Of a DNA stretch of 64,000 bases, positions 61,353 through 64,000 are shown piece after piece. Under the pieces are notes generated by a model, which saw only the letters and a program-made list of their open reading frames with translations, was not told the DNA's origin and did no database searches. How positions within the stretch are numbered: the first letter of the stretch is position 1; each line of letters begins with the position of its first letter. The position numbers and the translations under genes are program-made. The stretch lies in the NCBI GenBank assembly GCA_963799845.1, contig CAWCYI010000006.1, positions 352,001 through 416,000 on the forward strand. Reading direction: 5' to 3'. Source of the stretch: an uncultured Nitrososphaerota archaeon. Lineage in GTDB: Archaea > Thermoproteota > Nitrososphaeria > Nitrososphaerales > CADDZS01.

Positions 61353-61658
61353 CTAGCCGAAGAGACTTGAGAGCCCTTCGAGAGCTTCTTCTTCCTTTTT
61401 CTCTTCCTTCTTTTCTTCTTCCTGAGGCTTTGCCGCTGTGGGCGCAGAAGCTGCCGCAGGTGCCGCTGCCATCATTGGGGCCGCAGCCGCATTCTTTAGC
61501 GCATCATCGATGTTAATTTCGCCAAGAGCAGAAACGAGAGCCTTTACCTGAATGTCATCCGGTGTAACACCGGCCGCTGAAACTATCTTCTTCACATTGT
61601 CTTCGGTTACTGGCTGCTTCACTTTGTGAAGCAAAAGCGCAGCATAAACGTACTCCAT
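61353..61658 (-). CDS. rpl12: 50S ribosomal stalk protein P1/aL12
   Basis: MEYVYAALLLH, Ala-rich hinge, EEALEGLSSLFG. Confidence 0.97.
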   Translation of the reverse strand: MEYVYAALLLHKVKQPVTEDNVKKIVSAAGVTPDDIQVKALVSALGEINIDDALKNAAAAPMMAAAPAAASAPTAAKPQEEEKKEEKKEEEALEGLSSLFG

Positions 61659-61835
61659 CTAGAATCGCAACTCCACAACTTCTCCCATTGTGTATTTAAG
61701 ATTACAGCTTCAGATTTTTCGACACCAGATAGTCACAACTCGAAATGCCCCAATTTCTGGTGTTAGCTTTTTCTTGATTTACAAGTGTGTAAGGCTCAGC
61801 AAGGTTAAAGTCCGGGACTTGCGAATCTAAAGCAG

Positions 61836-62132
61836 ATGCCAAAGCCGAAGAAAGGAGAGATCTACGGTACTTTCAACAACGACATGTGTTATGAAAGAGG
61901 TCTTGAGAAACTAAGGAAAATCGACGGCATCGAAATAGACCCGCTCGACAGTCATACGATAAAAATTGTGCTGAAAAAGAAAAGCGACGAGCTCGAGGAA
62001 CGGGTAAACAGTACGATTAGAAGTTCAAAGGGATACGTAGAAATTGAGCTCGACACGGTCAACGTTCTGAACGCCGGGAAAAATAAGAAGGGGTCGGATT
62101 CTGGCGTCCTCGACACGCCGTTTTACGGTTAG
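61836..62132 (+). CDS. Hypothetical protein (98 aa)
   Basis: ATG ORF with upstream GTTAAA box filling the gap; no recognisable motif. Confidence 0.6.
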   Translation: MPKPKKGEIYGTFNNDMCYERGLEKLRKIDGIEIDPLDSHTIKIVLKKKSDELEERVNSTIRSSKGYVEIELDTVNVLNAGKNKKGSDSGVLDTPFYG

Positions 62133-62563
62133 GATTTTTTGAATTTAGGCAGGCTAAAGTCTGCCGTAACGTCATCGAAGAAGACGCTTACAGCATCGCC
62201 GATTTCAACTTCCTTGCCAGCGATATTGCTGTAGATTCTGGGGCCCTCGTCCAGTTCGACCAGTCCGACGATGAATGGCAGGTCCGCTTGGAACGCAGGG
62301 GAGTTGTCAATGACCTGTCTGATGACAGTGTAAGAATAGACAGTACCCTTCCCTGACAATTTTCGCCACTCGATGTTCGACCTCTTGCCGCAAGACGGGC
62401 ACCACGCCTTTGGATACCATATCCATTCTTCGCATGAAGTACAGAACTGCATCCTCAGCTCATGCGACTTGCAATAGTCCCAGAACGGTTTCGTAACGGA
62501 GCTAACCTCGGGAAGTGCTTTTTCGTATTTTTTCGGTTCAGCCTCTGACAAGTTACTACGCAC
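62129..62563 (-). CDS. DUF35 Zn-ribbon/OB-fold protein (ChsH2-like)
   Basis: PFW, CTSC, CPSC, GTVYSYT, VELDEGPR, IGD.V; overlaps the thiolase stop. Confidence 0.9.
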   Translation of the reverse strand: MRSNLSEAEPKKYEKALPEVSSVTKPFWDYCKSHELRMQFCTSCEEWIWYPKAWCPSCGKRSNIEWRKLSGKGTVYSYTVIRQVIDNSPAFQADLPFIVGLVELDEGPRIYSNIAGKEVEIGDAVSVFFDDVTADFSLPKFKKS

Positions 62564-63755
62564 TCCCGAAAATCATCGTCATGCTGTCAACGAGGCTGTT
62601 TCCGTATGCAATCGCTCCGATCCCGGTCGCGACCCCGATCCTCGCGTCTTTTACCTGCCTCTCTCCACCCTCTCCCCGGAGCTGTCTTACGCTTTCAACT
62701 ATGTGAACCATCCCGCCGGCCATTGCAGGCTGACCTGAAGATAACTGCGCGCCGCCGGTATTCACAGGAAAATTACCGTTGTAAGACAGATCGTGATCAC
62801 GGACGAACTCGCCGCCTTGTCCCTTTTTGCAAAACCCGGCATCTTCGATCTGCATCAGAACCGCGATCGTATAGTCGTCGTAAGGCTGGAAGAAACTTAC
62901 ATCGGATCTTTTCACGGCGCTCCTCTCGAAGGCTTTCTTGGCAGAGTCGGCGATCCCCAGATAGGTGATGTCGGGCCTTTGAACCGAGCCGTGAAAATAA
63001 TTGTCAGACTCTGCGATTCCCAGAACCCTAATTGCTCCGTCTTTCTCAATTGCCTTTGCCTTTTCGTTTGATGCTACTACGAATCCCAGACCGCCGTTTA
63101 CTTGAATACACGCGTCAAACATGCGGATCGGGTCTGCAATCATCCTCGAACCGAGGTATTGATCGAGCGTTAGGGGAGTCTTGAGGTAAGCGTTCGGATT
63201 CTTGATCGCGTGATTGCGCTGGGTGACGGCAATTTTTCCCAGTTCCTCGGACTTTGTGCCGTACTGGTGCATGTGCCTCCTGAGGATGAAGGCAAACTGA
63301 CTGTTGGGGCCCATCATGCCGAATGGTTTTTGAAAATCGGTTTCGTACCTCCAAGTCCTAACAGCGCCGGGCGTATTGATGTTCATTGGAGTGTCTGCTC
63401 CCAGACACAGGACCATGTCAACGACACCTGAAGTCACAGCCGCCCCTGCCTGATACAGCAAGGAAGCTCCACCCATTCCGCCACCGTCTGCCCTAAGAGT
63501 TAGAGCGGGAGAAAAACCTAGATCTTGCACCACCTCTGGAGAATAAATTTCCGCATGAGGAAAAGCAGCACCGGTGATTCCTATCCCCTGACCGTCAAAG
63601 TCCTTTTTCTCCAATCCCGCGTCCTTGATTGTCAGTTCCGCCGCCCACGCGAAATATTCCTGAATCGAGACCTTGGCTTCTCCCTTGTCAACTCTCGCCC
63701 TGCTGACCGGAGTCTCGCCGTAGCCGATAATCGAAAATCCATCTCTGATCGACAT
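62556..63755 (-). CDS. Thiolase-superfamily protein (SCP2-thiolase/Ltp2-like)
   Basis: IIGYGET, HMHQYG, R.HA..NP.A, SRMIADP, YDDY, NTGGAQLS.G, ESVRQLRGE. Confidence 0.88.
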   Translation of the reverse strand: MSIRDGFSIIGYGETPVSRARVDKGEAKVSIQEYFAWAAELTIKDAGLEKKDFDGQGIGITGAAFPHAEIYSPEVVQDLGFSPALTLRADGGGMGGASLLYQAGAAVTSGVVDMVLCLGADTPMNINTPGAVRTWRYETDFQKPFGMMGPNSQFAFILRRHMHQYGTKSEELGKIAVTQRNHAIKNPNAYLKTPLTLDQYLGSRMIADPIRMFDACIQVNGGLGFVVASNEKAKAIEKDGAIRVLGIAESDNYFHGSVQRPDITYLGIADSAKKAFERSAVKRSDVSFFQPYDDYTIAVLMQIEDAGFCKKGQGGEFVRDHDLSYNGNFPVNTGGAQLSSGQPAMAGGMVHIVESVRQLRGEGGERQVKDARIGVATGIGAIAYGNSLVDSMTMIFGSA

Positions 63756-64000
63756 TTCTGGAAAACGCCCTCGAATTCATGATCTTGAAATTTAAACCTT
63801 GGTTTGAAGAATCATCGATTGTCGATAGGAACTTTGAATAAACCAAATAGGTGATTTTCTTTTCTGTAGAAATGACTGCGACCCTCCAAGAAGTAAAGTT
63901 GCGAGCGGAGAGAAGAAATCCCGGCATCGGCTCACGGATCAAAACGAAGGAAGATTTTCGCCACATTAGGGGCGCAGGGAGTTTTGTCGACGACGTCCGT

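Noticed and set aside
1-64000. CRISPR array, rRNA, integrase or provirus
   Set aside because: No regularly spaced repeats, rRNA signatures, tyrosine recombinase or virion genes recognised

Overview
Archaeal chromosomal window, most likely from a deep-branching Nitrososphaerota (Thaumarchaeota-like) genome. This is inferred from aIF6-pfdA-ftsY without rpl18a, dtdA-secE-spt5-L11-L1-L10 with L12 elsewhere, LysW-type arginine genes, SmAP3, eL38, frequent TTG/GTG starts and BHB-type tRNA introns. About ten genes, including the essential ftsY and spt5, carry single-base frameshifts, which points to an unpolished long-read assembly. Core content: translation and secretion genes, a thermosome divergent from a Phr-like regulator, DinB, the arg genes, Moco genes, arcTGT and a beta-CASP RNase. 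Accessory content: an IS481-family element with a long TSD, a decaying zone beside tRNA-Leu, and a class III cyclase-TPR gene bracketed by a degenerate copy of the tRNA 3' end. The most notable items are (1) a complete GDP-heptose-type pathway (gmhA, hddA, gmhB, hddC) with its own transaldolase, two epimerases and two glycosyltransferases; (2) tRNA-Arg(CCT) with three introns and tRNA-Leu(TAA) with two, one branched or nested; (3) a tandem MazG-Zn-TIR/NDT-like fusion next to dinB; (4) a candidate HTH-ACT arginine regulator; and (5) two unexplained structured intergenic elements. All family calls come from motif recognition by eye, with no database searches.
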